NCBI GenBank assembly: GCA_947651225.1
Contig: CANSYK010000007.1
Coordinates: 6,784-70,783, forward strand
DNA length: 64,000 nucleotides
Source of the DNA: an uncultured bacterium
Lineage (GTDB): Bacteria > Bacillota > Clostridia > Lachnospirales > Lachnospiraceae
Direction of reading: 5' to 3'
Within the stretch, counting starts at the first letter, position 1; each line of letters opens with the position of its first letter. Under the pieces are notes generated by a model, which was not told the origin of the DNA, did no database searches, and saw only the letters and a program-made list of their open reading frames with translations. The translations under genes and the position numbers were made by a program. Below are positions 25,131-34,994 of this stretch, in pieces.

Positions 25131-25165
25131 TATAGTTAACGCATGTATTTTATGCGTTTACTATA
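25131..25165. repeat. REP-like hairpin, copy 1 (14-bp stem, 7-nt loop)
   Basis: TATAGTTAACGCAT-GTATTTT-ATGCGTTTACTATA, with one stem mismatch. Confidence 0.7.
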
Positions 25166-25274
25166 ACTTTTCGAACCTTATCCTGACTTCTTTTAATATT
25201 ATACATCAAACCAGCCAAATTAGATATAGAAATTTTGTAATCATAAAAAATTTTTTAATGTTGTTAGGAACGGT

Positions 25275-25323
25275 AAAAATACCGTCTGCATTTGATACTA
25301 TCCAATATCAAATACAGACGGTA
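25275..25323 (-). terminator. Terminator of the sugar ABC operon
   Basis: 18-bp stem (one mismatch) 25280..25297 / 25306..25323, followed on the minus strand by TTTTT. Confidence 0.7.
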
Positions 25324-25379
25324 TTCTCTACTTTATAACATCCTCAATTACAACTATTTTCCTGATAATATAACATATA

Positions 25380-26573
25380 TTATTTCCCGCTCTTACGATG
25401 AGAAACTACATCAAAGATAACTGCGACTAACAAAACACCGCCTTTTACAACATACTGCCATGAATCACCGATACCCATAATAGACATACCCATATTAATG
25501 ACTCCAAGCAAAAGCGCACCAATGATAACGCCAGAAACCTTACCACTTCCACCATATGCAGAAGCGCCGCCGATGAAGCAGGAACCAATCGCATCCATCT
25601 CGAAAGAAGTACCTGTAGAACCGTTTACAGAACCTACACGGGCCAGGCAGAGCAGGCCACACAGACCAGCAAGCAGTCCCATATTTGCATAAGCAATAAA
25701 GTAAACCTTATTGGTATTAATACCGGAAAGCTGAGTCGCTTTTTCATTACCACCTACTGCGTAGAAATAACGCCCAAATGCAGTCTTGGAAGTAATAAAA
25801 TGATAAATCAGGCAAATTGCCACAACCCATACCAACATAACCGAAATTCCTTTATACTGGCAGAGCAGATAACAATAGAACAAAAGTACAGCAGATATAA
25901 TTGTGCTTCGCCCAAAATCAGAAATAGCGCTGTTCTGGCGATATCCCTTTTTCGCCTTATTTGCCCGGGAAGAAATGGTACTATAGAAAATAAGGACAAC
26001 TACCAGAATGCCGATTACTAATGGGGAAAGAATACGTGTATCCGTATCAAGCCCCGGAACTTTAATATAAGCAGTAAAAATATTTAAAAACGCAGCATCC
26101 TGAACAGATACCGTCTTACTGTCAAGTATCAGCCGTCCGATTCCCCGGAAGATGAACATACCGCCTAATGTTGTGATGAATGGTGGAATCCTGACATAAC
26201 CAATCCAATAACCCTGCCATATACCTGCTAAAACACCAACAAGTATACAAACTGGAATTGTTACAAAAACACTCATTCCGTGATTTGTAATCATAACTGC
26301 TGCCATACCGCCTACCATACAGATAACAGAACCTACAGAAAGGTCAATGTTACCGCCAGTCAGGATACAGAGCAGCATACCACATGCCATTACCAGTACG
26401 TAACCGTTCTGGAGAAGCAGATTGGACATATTCTGTGCAAACAAGAGACGTCCATCGGTTAAGAAATAAAATAATACAAATACAATAACAAGGGCGATTG
26501 TCATACTGTTCTTTGTTAAAAACTCGCCTACATTAAACTGATTTTCACCCGAAGATTCTTTTTTCGTTGACAT
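25380..26573 (-). CDS. Sugar ABC transporter permease (CUT2 family, GguB/XylH-like)
   Basis: 397-aa polytopic ORF of the BPD_transp_2 type, located downstream of the CUT2 ATPase. Confidence 0.85.
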   Translation of the reverse strand: MSTKKESSGENQFNVGEFLTKNSMTIALVIVFVLFYFLTDGRLLFAQNMSNLLLQNGYVLVMACGMLLCILTGGNIDLSVGSVICMVGGMAAVMITNHGMSVFVTIPVCILVGVLAGIWQGYWIGYVRIPPFITTLGGMFIFRGIGRLILDSKTVSVQDAAFLNIFTAYIKVPGLDTDTRILSPLVIGILVVVLIFYSTISSRANKAKKGYRQNSAISDFGRSTIISAVLLFYCYLLCQYKGISVMLVWVVAICLIYHFITSKTAFGRYFYAVGGNEKATQLSGINTNKVYFIAYANMGLLAGLCGLLCLARVGSVNGSTGTSFEMDAIGSCFIGGASAYGGSGKVSGVIIGALLLGVINMGMSIMGIGDSWQYVVKGGVLLVAVIFDVVSHRKSGK

Positions 26574-26593
26574 GATTATAACACTCCCTTCTT

Positions 26594-28129
26594 TTAATCT
26601 GTGGCACTGATAATATAGCTCATAATCTTCTCTTGTGTAGCGTCTTTTGCATCCAGTTCCCCACGAAGTTCCCCTTCGTTCATAACGTAAATGCGGTCAC
26701 ACATTCCGATTAACTCTGGCATTTCAGAGGAAATCATAATAATGGATTTACCATCTGCTACCATTTGATTTACCAGACAATAAATATCGTATTTCGCACC
26801 AACATCAATACCACGTGTCGGCTCATCTAAAATCAGGATTTCCGGTTCTGTAAACATCCACTTGCCAAGCAATGCCTTTTGCTGATTGCCACCAGAAAGG
26901 TTCCCTGTTTTCTGTTCGATTGACGGCGTCTTTGTTCCCATGGCTTTTGTCATGTCCTCTGCCACTTTCTTCTCTGCTGTCATATCAATCACACCCTTCG
27001 AACAGACTTTATCCAGTCGTGCCAGTGTCGTATTGAACCGAATCGATTCCCCTAGAATCAGGCCATTCACTTTTCTATCTTCTGTTACATAGGCAAGACC
27101 ATGCTTAATTGCCTGCTCTGCATTTTTCAAATCCACTTTCTTTCCATCCAGGTATAAATCTCCGGTAATATTCGTACCATAGCTCCTGCCAAAAATAGAC
27201 ATTGCAAGCTCTGTACGTCCCGCACCCTGAAGTCCGGAAAATCCGATCACCTCACCTTTATGTACCTTAAAGGAAACATTATTATCTACGACCTTCTCCT
27301 GATAAAGTGGATGATGAACCGTCCAGTTCTTTACCTCCAAAGCCACATCTTTCTGAACATTGTGTTCACGAACCGGATAACGGTCATCCATTGGACGTCC
27401 TACCATACCTTTAATAATTCGGTCTTCACTGAACTCATCAACCCCTTTGACAAGCGTTTCAATCGTAGAACCATCGCGGACAATCGTTGCTTTATCCGCA
27501 CAATAGATAATCTCATTTAATTTGTGCGTTATAATAATCGATGTCAGGCCATTTTTCTTAAATTCCATCAAAAGATCCAAAAGCATCTTTGCATCTTCAT
27601 CATTCAAAGAAGACGTTGGCTCATCCAGAATCAGCAGTTTTACATTTTTAGAAAACGCTTTAGCAATTTCTACAAGCTGCTGTTTTCCTGTTCCAATATC
27701 TTTAATCAGCGTCTGCGCAGATTCATACAGGCCGACCTGTCTCATATGTTTTTCCGCTTCATTGTAGGTCAGATCCCAGTCAATATGCCCAAATCTGTTC
27801 TTTTTCTCATTCCCAAGAAACATATTCTCACCAATGGTAAGAAGCGGAATCAATGCCAGTTCCTGATGAATAATTACAATCCCTTTTGATTCACTGTCTT
27901 TTAAAGTCTTGAACTCGCAAAGCTCCCCGTTATAATAAATTTCACCTGTATAGGTGCCCACTGGATATGTTCCCGAAAGTACATTCATCAAAGTAGATTT
28001 ACCTGCACCGTTCTCTCCAATCAGCGCATGGATTTCTCCACGTTCAACCTCCAGATTTACATTATCCAACGCTTTGACTCCCGGGAACTCTTTGGTAATC
28101 GATTTCATTTTCAATATAATATCGGCCAA
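26594..28129 (-). CDS. Sugar ABC transporter ATP-binding protein (CUT2, duplicated ABC domains)
   Basis: 511 aa. The first domain has GENGAGKST/LSGGNQQK-type motifs. The second domain is degenerate, as in MglA/XylG/GguA. Confidence 0.9.
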   Translation of the reverse strand: MADIILKMKSITKEFPGVKALDNVNLEVERGEIHALIGENGAGKSTLMNVLSGTYPVGTYTGEIYYNGELCEFKTLKDSESKGIVIIHQELALIPLLTIGENMFLGNEKKNRFGHIDWDLTYNEAEKHMRQVGLYESAQTLIKDIGTGKQQLVEIAKAFSKNVKLLILDEPTSSLNDEDAKMLLDLLMEFKKNGLTSIIITHKLNEIIYCADKATIVRDGSTIETLVKGVDEFSEDRIIKGMVGRPMDDRYPVREHNVQKDVALEVKNWTVHHPLYQEKVVDNNVSFKVHKGEVIGFSGLQGAGRTELAMSIFGRSYGTNITGDLYLDGKKVDLKNAEQAIKHGLAYVTEDRKVNGLILGESIRFNTTLARLDKVCSKGVIDMTAEKKVAEDMTKAMGTKTPSIEQKTGNLSGGNQQKALLGKWMFTEPEILILDEPTRGIDVGAKYDIYCLVNQMVADGKSIIMISSEMPELIGMCDRIYVMNEGELRGELDAKDATQEKIMSYIISATD

Positions 28130-28252
28130 AAGAAATCTCCTCCTTTCCCTTTTTTCCTTGAAAAAACATACTATACAATTTCTGTCTTGCGAAAAAGAAG
28201 GACGGAGCAGACGCCCCGCCCTTTCTCTCAGGTCACTATGTTATTACTACAA

Positions 28253-29431
28253 TTAGTTATTTGCTGACAGATATCCGTCATCACCCATTTTATATAAACC
28301 GGTATCTACCAAATCCTGCAGATTATCTTTCGTGATTACATTTGGTACAAGCAGGAAAGAAGGACACTTGTTTCCATCAGAAGTCTCATATGACTCTGTA
28401 TCATATGCACACTCAATGTCTACTGAATCAACGAAAGAAGCATCCACTGTCTTACCAGCTATAATATCCTGTGCAAGAGCAAGTGTAACAACGGCCTCGT
28501 TACTTACATTTTTGTAAACAGTCATCGTCTGAATACCATCTACAATATTCTTTAAATTTGCTTCATCACCATCCTGTCCTGTAATCAATACAGAATTAGA
28601 ACCTGCATAGTCAGAAGTAATTGCCTGTGCAACACCAAGTGCAGTAGAATCGTTAGAGCAAAGCCATACATCAAGCTGGGTTCCATCTGCATAATAAGAA
28701 GAAAGAACGTTCTGTGCCCTCTCAAGAGCAGTATCTGTATTCCACTGATCCGTAGCAACAGCATCAAAATCTTTCTGACCAGATACAATCTTTAAAGTAC
28801 CTGCATCAATGTATTCCTGCAAAACATCAATCGCCCCCTGGTAGAAATAAGGCGCATTGTTATCAGCCGGGTCACCTGCAGTGATTTCCATATTATATTT
28901 CTTATCGCCTGCATTCTTAAGATCAAGCTTATCCACAATAAACTCTCCCTGTAACTTACCTACTGTATAATTATCAAAGGATACATAGTAGGAAACCGCA
29001 TCATTCTTAATCAAACGGTCATAAGAAATAACCGGAACCTTCGCATCGGCCGCCTCATTCATTGCTGTGTTCAATGCCTCACCATCAATTGCCGCAACAA
29101 TCAGCAAGTCAACACCATCTGCAAGCATGTTCTGGATATCATTTACCTGTTTTCCTGAGTCATTATCAGAGAAGGTAAGAACCGTCTCATAACCCGCTTT
29201 CTTGAACTGATCATCCAGATATGCCCCATCGCGGTTCCAACGCTCCAAAGACTGAGTTGGCATGGAAATACCGATTTTACCACTTCCATCTGAACTGTTA
29301 CCCTTCTTTTCGCTGCCGCTGGTTGCAGTCTTGCTGGAAGAATCCTTAGAAGCATTATCACTACCACATCCAACCAATACTGTAGCTGCCATTGCAGCGC
29401 CTAATAAAGTGCCCAATACTCTTTTTTTCAT
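28253..29431 (-). CDS. Sugar ABC substrate-binding lipoprotein (ChvE/multiple-sugar type)
   Basis: Start placed at MKKRVLGTLLGAAMAATVLVGCGS (GGGAGG RBS). Peripla_BP-type fold motifs are present. Confidence 0.85.
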   Translation of the reverse strand: MKKRVLGTLLGAAMAATVLVGCGSDNASKDSSSKTATSGSEKKGNSSDGSGKIGISMPTQSLERWNRDGAYLDDQFKKAGYETVLTFSDNDSGKQVNDIQNMLADGVDLLIVAAIDGEALNTAMNEAADAKVPVISYDRLIKNDAVSYYVSFDNYTVGKLQGEFIVDKLDLKNAGDKKYNMEITAGDPADNNAPYFYQGAIDVLQEYIDAGTLKIVSGQKDFDAVATDQWNTDTALERAQNVLSSYYADGTQLDVWLCSNDSTALGVAQAITSDYAGSNSVLITGQDGDEANLKNIVDGIQTMTVYKNVSNEAVVTLALAQDIIAGKTVDASFVDSVDIECAYDTESYETSDGNKCPSFLLVPNVITKDNLQDLVDTGLYKMGDDGYLSANN

Positions 29432-29542
29432 ATTACATTCCTCCCTTACTTTTGATATTGTTAATATATCACAAATCAAACTGGATTTACTTGCTTTTTT
29501 CTGTATATTTTTATATTATGTTTCTGCCTTTCACACTCTAAA

Positions 29543-29576
29543 ACAGGACAAAATTGTCATAGCAATTTTGTCCTGT
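29543..29576 (-). terminator. Hairpin terminator between the sensor operon and the transporter operon
   Basis: 14-bp perfect stem ACAGGACAAAATTG / CAATTTTGTCCTGT. Confidence 0.5.
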
Positions 29577-29622
29577 ACAAAAAAATCCTATTCTATCCTT
29601 TCGAAACCCTTTAAATCCCCTG

Positions 29623-30678
29623 TCAAGGCATCTTCTCCGGCATATTCAAATAGACTTCCTCTTTTAAATGGAATCCACTGTTAATAATTATTTCATTAAT
29701 ATTTTCTTTCGTTACACAGACAGGTTCCAGCGCCACATAAGAAATCCGATATTCCCCATTATTCAGCCCCTTGACATCCTTTCCTGTAATTTTTTCTTCC
29801 TTTGCCAGTGCAACCGCACATTCTGCTGCACGCTGTGCCAGCTTTTCCACAGGCTTATAAACCGTCATAAGCTGTGTTCCTTCTACGATTCTCTGACATG
29901 CCTCAAGGTCAGCATCCTGCCCTGTCACCAATACTCTGCCGGCCATCCTCTTTTCAGCAAGCGCCCGTACTACCCGACTGGCAATATCATCGTTTCCGCA
30001 CATAATCGCATCCGCTTTGGAAACAACTGACATATGGGAATAAATATAATCTGCAGCAAGCTCCGCAAGCCAATTGCCAGCATGAAAAGACTCCAGAACC
30101 TTAACATCATTTTCTTTCATAATTTTCTTAAATTCCCCTTCTACCAGCGAAACATTATTGTCGCTTAAAGATCCCCCAAGCATCAGCACATTGCCGTCGG
30201 CAAGACCATTCTCCAGCAATGTATTTGCCATCATACCGCCAACCTTTGCATTGTCGAAGGAGATATATAAATCAATCTCTGCATCGTTTATCAGCCGATC
30301 ATAGGCGATTACTTTAATTCCGGCAGCTTTGGCCTTTTCTACCGAATCCCTAAGCCCGTTGGAATCATTACATATGATTACAATGACATCCATATCTTTT
30401 TCGATAAAATAGTCAATTTGTCTTTTTTGTTCTGCAATTTCCCCATTCGCATTTTGAACATTAACTTCTGCGCCAAGTTCTTTCGCCGCAGATACAAAAA
30501 CATCTTTATCCCTCTGCCACCTCTCTATCACGAAAGAATCAAAACTCATGCCAATTTTAATTTTTTCTTCTGTCTCTGTTCCAGAAATATTCTTTTTGCT
30601 GCCTGGAACGCTGCAAGAAGTAAATACAAGCGCCAGACATATAACCGCAATCCATTTTATTTTTCTAACTCTTTTCAT
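29623..30678 (-). CDS. Periplasmic sugar-binding lipoprotein (XylF-like) in the sensor operon
   Basis: MKRVRKIKWIAVICLALVFTSCS lipobox. Peripla_BP_4-like. It overlaps the regulator stop. Confidence 0.75.
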   Translation of the reverse strand: MKRVRKIKWIAVICLALVFTSCSVPGSKKNISGTETEEKIKIGMSFDSFVIERWQRDKDVFVSAAKELGAEVNVQNANGEIAEQKRQIDYFIEKDMDVIVIICNDSNGLRDSVEKAKAAGIKVIAYDRLINDAEIDLYISFDNAKVGGMMANTLLENGLADGNVLMLGGSLSDNNVSLVEGEFKKIMKENDVKVLESFHAGNWLAELAADYIYSHMSVVSKADAIMCGNDDIASRVVRALAEKRMAGRVLVTGQDADLEACQRIVEGTQLMTVYKPVEKLAQRAAECAVALAKEEKITGKDVKGLNNGEYRISYVALEPVCVTKENINEIIINSGFHLKEEVYLNMPEKMP

Positions 30679-32285
30679 TTTTTTCGATAATGCTCCTGTA
30701 CATTTTTATATTCTGTCGGAGTAACACCGACGTTTTTCTTGAAAGAGCGGCTAAAATAATTAGGATCCGAATATCCGCACATAGAACAGATTTCTTTCAT
30801 GGAATACTCTGTTGTACTAAGTAACTCCCTTGCCCTCTCCATACGGATATTGGTCAGATATTCTATAAAATTCTTTCCTGTTCCTTCTTTAAATATTTTG
30901 CTAAAATAATAGGGACTGATATTGACTGTCCTAGATACCTCATCCAGGCAAATATCTTTCTGGAAATTATTCTTGATATATTCCTCTGCCATTTCTATAA
31001 TACTGTTGGATTTCTCTTCCCGTTTTCCCAAAACATTTTGACAGGCATTCATAAGCTTCTCTAAAAACCATTCCCGCAAAGCCACAACATTGTCTGTATT
31101 CATAATAGTAGGCAGATATTCTTGCCTGGCTGAAAATTGATACGTCATTCCACCCTTATTATAAGCAATGTACTCTGCATACAAAATAAACTCCAATATT
31201 TTAAGACGAATTGACATAATATTATTCCGATTACTCTCCACCATCCAGTTAAAGAAGCTTCTTGCAGTAGAAAGCACATTATTGATTCCTCCCTTTTCCA
31301 GTTCGCTAAACAGCTTTTTTTCCAAATGAACCGGATAGTCCTCTGTATAATCACAGCCAATTGGTAAATCATCTGCATGTGCAACGCTGCTTGTAGTCAT
31401 AACCAAAGCATTTAACGCCTCATTATAAGAACCTGCCATCTCCTTAAGCATACCTACCCTGCCAATCCCGATTCGGAATCGAATGCTTGTTTTCTGGTGC
31501 ATGCGGCGGACAAGTTCTCTTGTTTTTTCAATCAACTCAATTCTCTCATTATATTCCATTCTGTCTTTATCGTATGGAACTAAAATCGCAAGCTTATTTG
31601 ACATAACTGTCCCTACAATACACTCAAAATACTCTTTGATGCATTCTCTCACTTCCTGATAATGCCGCTGCATTTTCACACTGCTGCCAACAGCATTTGT
31701 CATGTGGTTTCCAATCTGGTCGTCCCCACAGACAACAGACATCATATATGCATAGCTTTTATCAAATCCCAGCAGCGCTTTATAATTATCAATATCTTCT
31801 GCAAATTGCTCCTGTAGTAAAATATCATAAATTAATCCACTCTCGATAATCGGAATGACCGTTTCAAGCCTCTCCTTTATCAAAAGCTCGTTGCTTCTTT
31901 TCTCACGCTCCTCTTTAATGATTTCCATTCCCTTTTTTAAAACAGAAACAATCTTTGTCCGCTCCATTGGTTTTGTAATATATTCCAAAACCCCCAGTTT
32001 AATCGCTTCCTTGGCATAATCAAATTTGTCATAAGCAGACACTATAATAAAATGAACATTCTGGTTTCCCTTACGGATTTCTTTCATCGCTTCAATCCCG
32101 TTAATTCCTGGCATCTGAATATCCATAATCGCAATATCCGGCCGGAACTTCTCAGCAAGCTCTATAACACTTCTTCCCGTTTTTGCATATTCTACTATAC
32201 ATTCCTCTCCAAACTCTTTCTCAATAATAAATTTCAGGGAATCAATTACAATCCCTTCATCATCCGCAAGCATAATTTTATACAT
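30675..32285 (-). CDS. Response regulator with CheY receiver and AraC-type HTH output (YesN-like)
   Basis: MLADDEG...DIAIMDIQMPGINGIE receiver. C-terminal AraC HTH (YFSKIFKEGTGKNFIEYL...). Confidence 0.85.
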   Translation of the reverse strand: MYKIMLADDEGIVIDSLKFIIEKEFGEECIVEYAKTGRSVIELAEKFRPDIAIMDIQMPGINGIEAMKEIRKGNQNVHFIIVSAYDKFDYAKEAIKLGVLEYITKPMERTKIVSVLKKGMEIIKEEREKRSNELLIKERLETVIPIIESGLIYDILLQEQFAEDIDNYKALLGFDKSYAYMMSVVCGDDQIGNHMTNAVGSSVKMQRHYQEVRECIKEYFECIVGTVMSNKLAILVPYDKDRMEYNERIELIEKTRELVRRMHQKTSIRFRIGIGRVGMLKEMAGSYNEALNALVMTTSSVAHADDLPIGCDYTEDYPVHLEKKLFSELEKGGINNVLSTARSFFNWMVESNRNNIMSIRLKILEFILYAEYIAYNKGGMTYQFSARQEYLPTIMNTDNVVALREWFLEKLMNACQNVLGKREEKSNSIIEMAEEYIKNNFQKDICLDEVSRTVNISPYYFSKIFKEGTGKNFIEYLTNIRMERARELLSTTEYSMKEICSMCGYSDPNYFSRSFKKNVGVTPTEYKNVQEHYRKK

Positions 32286-33780
32286 TGTCTTCCTCCCGTT
32301 CTTTCACAGGCAGATAAATAATAATTTCCGTTCCTTTATCTTCCCCTTCACTAAGAATCGACATAACATCTTCACTTTCCGTAAAAAGCTTCAGCCTTGC
32401 AATTACATTACCCATCCCGATTCCATTAGAGTCTGTGTTGAGATTTTCTTCTTTATAACTGCCATTTAGGATTTTTTCTATTACATCCTGTCTGATTCCG
32501 ACACCATTATCACGAATACTGATACAGGCTGTATCATCAATTCGGTAGACCGACAGCCAGATTTTTCCCTCTCCTGCCATTTCACGAATTCCATGGTTAA
32601 CACAGTTTTCCACAATCGGCTGTAAAATCATGCTTGGCATTTCAACGGCTAAAAGAGAATCGTCTGTCTTTTTCTCATAATGAATATCTCCGGAAAATCG
32701 AACATTTAAAATATAGATATAATTGTCCACCAGCTCAATCTCATCCCAGATAGTAACATTCTCATTTCCTTTTCTTACATTGTAACGAAAGAACTCTGCC
32801 ACATTCTGCACATACTCGTATGTCCGGTCTGCCTCCTCAAGCATAGCAAGCTGTACGCCCGCATTCAGCGTATTGAACAAAAAGTGGGGATTAATCTGTG
32901 CTTGCAGATATTTTAACTGTGCGTCCTTTAAATGTGCTTCCATCAACAATTCCTTTTCCTTCATCAGACGCTCTACTTCCATGCTGTGGCGAATCCGTTC
33001 TATATAATCTCTGATACTGATGACCATCTGGTTAAAAGCCCCCGTTACCACTCCGATTTCATCTTGGGAGTGCACATCCAGAAGTTCTATCTCAAAATTT
33101 CCTTTCGCCACCTCATTTGCAGATTTTGCCAGTGTTTTTAGCGGATAAATAATGGCGCCGACCAATTTTATAATAATGCTGACATTCATAAAAATAATGA
33201 CCATAATAATGCCAATGCAAACCATTTCAAAAATACGAAATGCCCGTGCCAGTTCATCATAATCTGCTGAATTGCTTTTGAACTGCTGATTGTTCAAGCT
33301 TTTGATATAGGTGTTTATATAATCATACATCTTCGCTGCACTCTCATACCGAACCCTGTATTTTTCAATATTACGCCCACGCTTAGCCTCAATTGCTTGG
33401 TCTGTTATCTGCAGATACTGCACAGACATATGTCTGATATTTCTTTTCATGCGGTCAAAAGCACTGCCGCTGACCGCATCGTTTAACTCCTCCGCAAGCG
33501 CCATATAATTCTGGGAGCTGCGGTAATATTCCTCCAGAGAGTCACTTGTCTTAGCATTCAGATAATTAGTCATATGATTTTGTACATCATCCAGCACACC
33601 TGATAATTCATTCAGCTTCAGGTTATCCCGATAGACTAACTCCATCTTATTAGACATCTGGTTGATTCCCAGAATCAAAAGAATATTGACCAGACAAACA
33701 AACAGATTAGTCAATATATAAATGCTGCTAATCTTGCCCTGCAAAGAAAGCCTGAAAAGACGGTATAATTTATTCTTCAT
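32278..33780 (-). CDS. Sensor histidine kinase (HAMP + His_kinase/LytS-YesM type + HATPase)
   Basis: Two TM helices, a HAMP domain, QINPHFLFNTLN H-box and GIGMGNV G-box. The start is placed at MKNKLYRLF, overlapping the upstream stop. Confidence 0.85.
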   Translation of the reverse strand: MKNKLYRLFRLSLQGKISSIYILTNLFVCLVNILLILGINQMSNKMELVYRDNLKLNELSGVLDDVQNHMTNYLNAKTSDSLEEYYRSSQNYMALAEELNDAVSGSAFDRMKRNIRHMSVQYLQITDQAIEAKRGRNIEKYRVRYESAAKMYDYINTYIKSLNNQQFKSNSADYDELARAFRIFEMVCIGIIMVIIFMNVSIIIKLVGAIIYPLKTLAKSANEVAKGNFEIELLDVHSQDEIGVVTGAFNQMVISIRDYIERIRHSMEVERLMKEKELLMEAHLKDAQLKYLQAQINPHFLFNTLNAGVQLAMLEEADRTYEYVQNVAEFFRYNVRKGNENVTIWDEIELVDNYIYILNVRFSGDIHYEKKTDDSLLAVEMPSMILQPIVENCVNHGIREMAGEGKIWLSVYRIDDTACISIRDNGVGIRQDVIEKILNGSYKEENLNTDSNGIGMGNVIARLKLFTESEDVMSILSEGEDKGTEIIIYLPVKEREEDNV

Positions 33781-34882
33781 TTTCCGCTTCACCTCCCAGA
33801 TACTGGGCAATATTTTCTTTATTAATCAGTGCAATATCCGCAATAAAATACTGGCTGGTATTTCCAACCGTATTATATTCTGTCAGCGCATCCACACAAT
33901 ATTTTCCCATCTGCATCGTATTAATCGATACCGTTGCATAGATTACATTTCTGTCAATTGCTTTCATAATTGTTTCAGAATCATAATATCCAAGAATATG
34001 AACCTGTCCGACTTTGTTGTAATCCACAACCGCCTGATAGACGCAGGTCGTGTTTAACTCATTTAAACATATGATAATATCCGGCAATTCATTTTTCATA
34101 AAAATATCCCGAATCGATTCCTCCACACAAAAGGCATTTGTATCATCAATGGAAACAATAGATAACTCAATTTTTGCGCTGTTTTGCCTCTCCTTTTCTA
34201 TCGTTTCCTGAATACCGGAATAAAGAATGTTCTGCCCGGCATCTTGTGCAGAGGCATTGACCAGAACCATTACTTTCACAGGCCTTGTTGGATCAAAGAT
34301 TACAGATAAATCGTTATCTTCTCCTGCCGCCTTTACCTGCACTTCAGAACGCTGCTTTTCCTGTACGATTTCAAGTACCTCTTTACCATATTCTTTTCCT
34401 AAATCATAACTTCCAATCCCTACAAAAGTACACCGTTCACTCTTTGTATTATCATTATATAATGTAACAACTGGTATTCCCTTTGCGGTCGCTTCATTGA
34501 TAAGCTCTGCCATTTTGGCGCTTTCATCTGCCACAACAATAATGCCGTCTACTTCAGAAGCAATCGCTATACACATCAGGTCTTCTTTTGAATAATTGTT
34601 ATCAAACGAACCATTTAAAAAATCAACATAGCTGTTTTCTGCAATGGCAACTTCATAGGCTCCTTCATAAATAGACTGCCAGAGTGAAGTATTCGTATCT
34701 TCCGCAATCATGACATAATATTTATCATATCGATTGGCTGCCGCTTCTGCCGAAAAATTTTTAATATAATACCGAAAAATTAGAATGCCTGTAATTGTTG
34801 TTGCCACAACCAGAAGAACCATCGTAACCAAATACCCTGCATAGTTATTTTTCTTCATTTTGATCCGCTTCATCATTTCCAC
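33770..34882 (-). CDS. Membrane-anchored periplasmic-binding-protein-like sensor component
   Basis: N-terminal TM YLVTMVLLVVATTITGILIF followed by a Peripla_BP-like domain. It is the first gene of the sensor operon. Confidence 0.7.
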   Translation of the reverse strand: MEMMKRIKMKKNNYAGYLVTMVLLVVATTITGILIFRYYIKNFSAEAAANRYDKYYVMIAEDTNTSLWQSIYEGAYEVAIAENSYVDFLNGSFDNNYSKEDLMCIAIASEVDGIIVVADESAKMAELINEATAKGIPVVTLYNDNTKSERCTFVGIGSYDLGKEYGKEVLEIVQEKQRSEVQVKAAGEDNDLSVIFDPTRPVKVMVLVNASAQDAGQNILYSGIQETIEKERQNSAKIELSIVSIDDTNAFCVEESIRDIFMKNELPDIIICLNELNTTCVYQAVVDYNKVGQVHILGYYDSETIMKAIDRNVIYATVSINTMQMGKYCVDALTEYNTVGNTSQYFIADIALINKENIAQYLGGEAENEE

Positions 34883-34994
34883 CTCCGCATCACATAGAGA
34901 GAACGGATAACTACGTGTTTAAGCTTCACAACATTTTGCCAGGCACCTGTTCAAACAGATCACTGTCAAGTGTTTTTTCAACCTGTCACCATCG

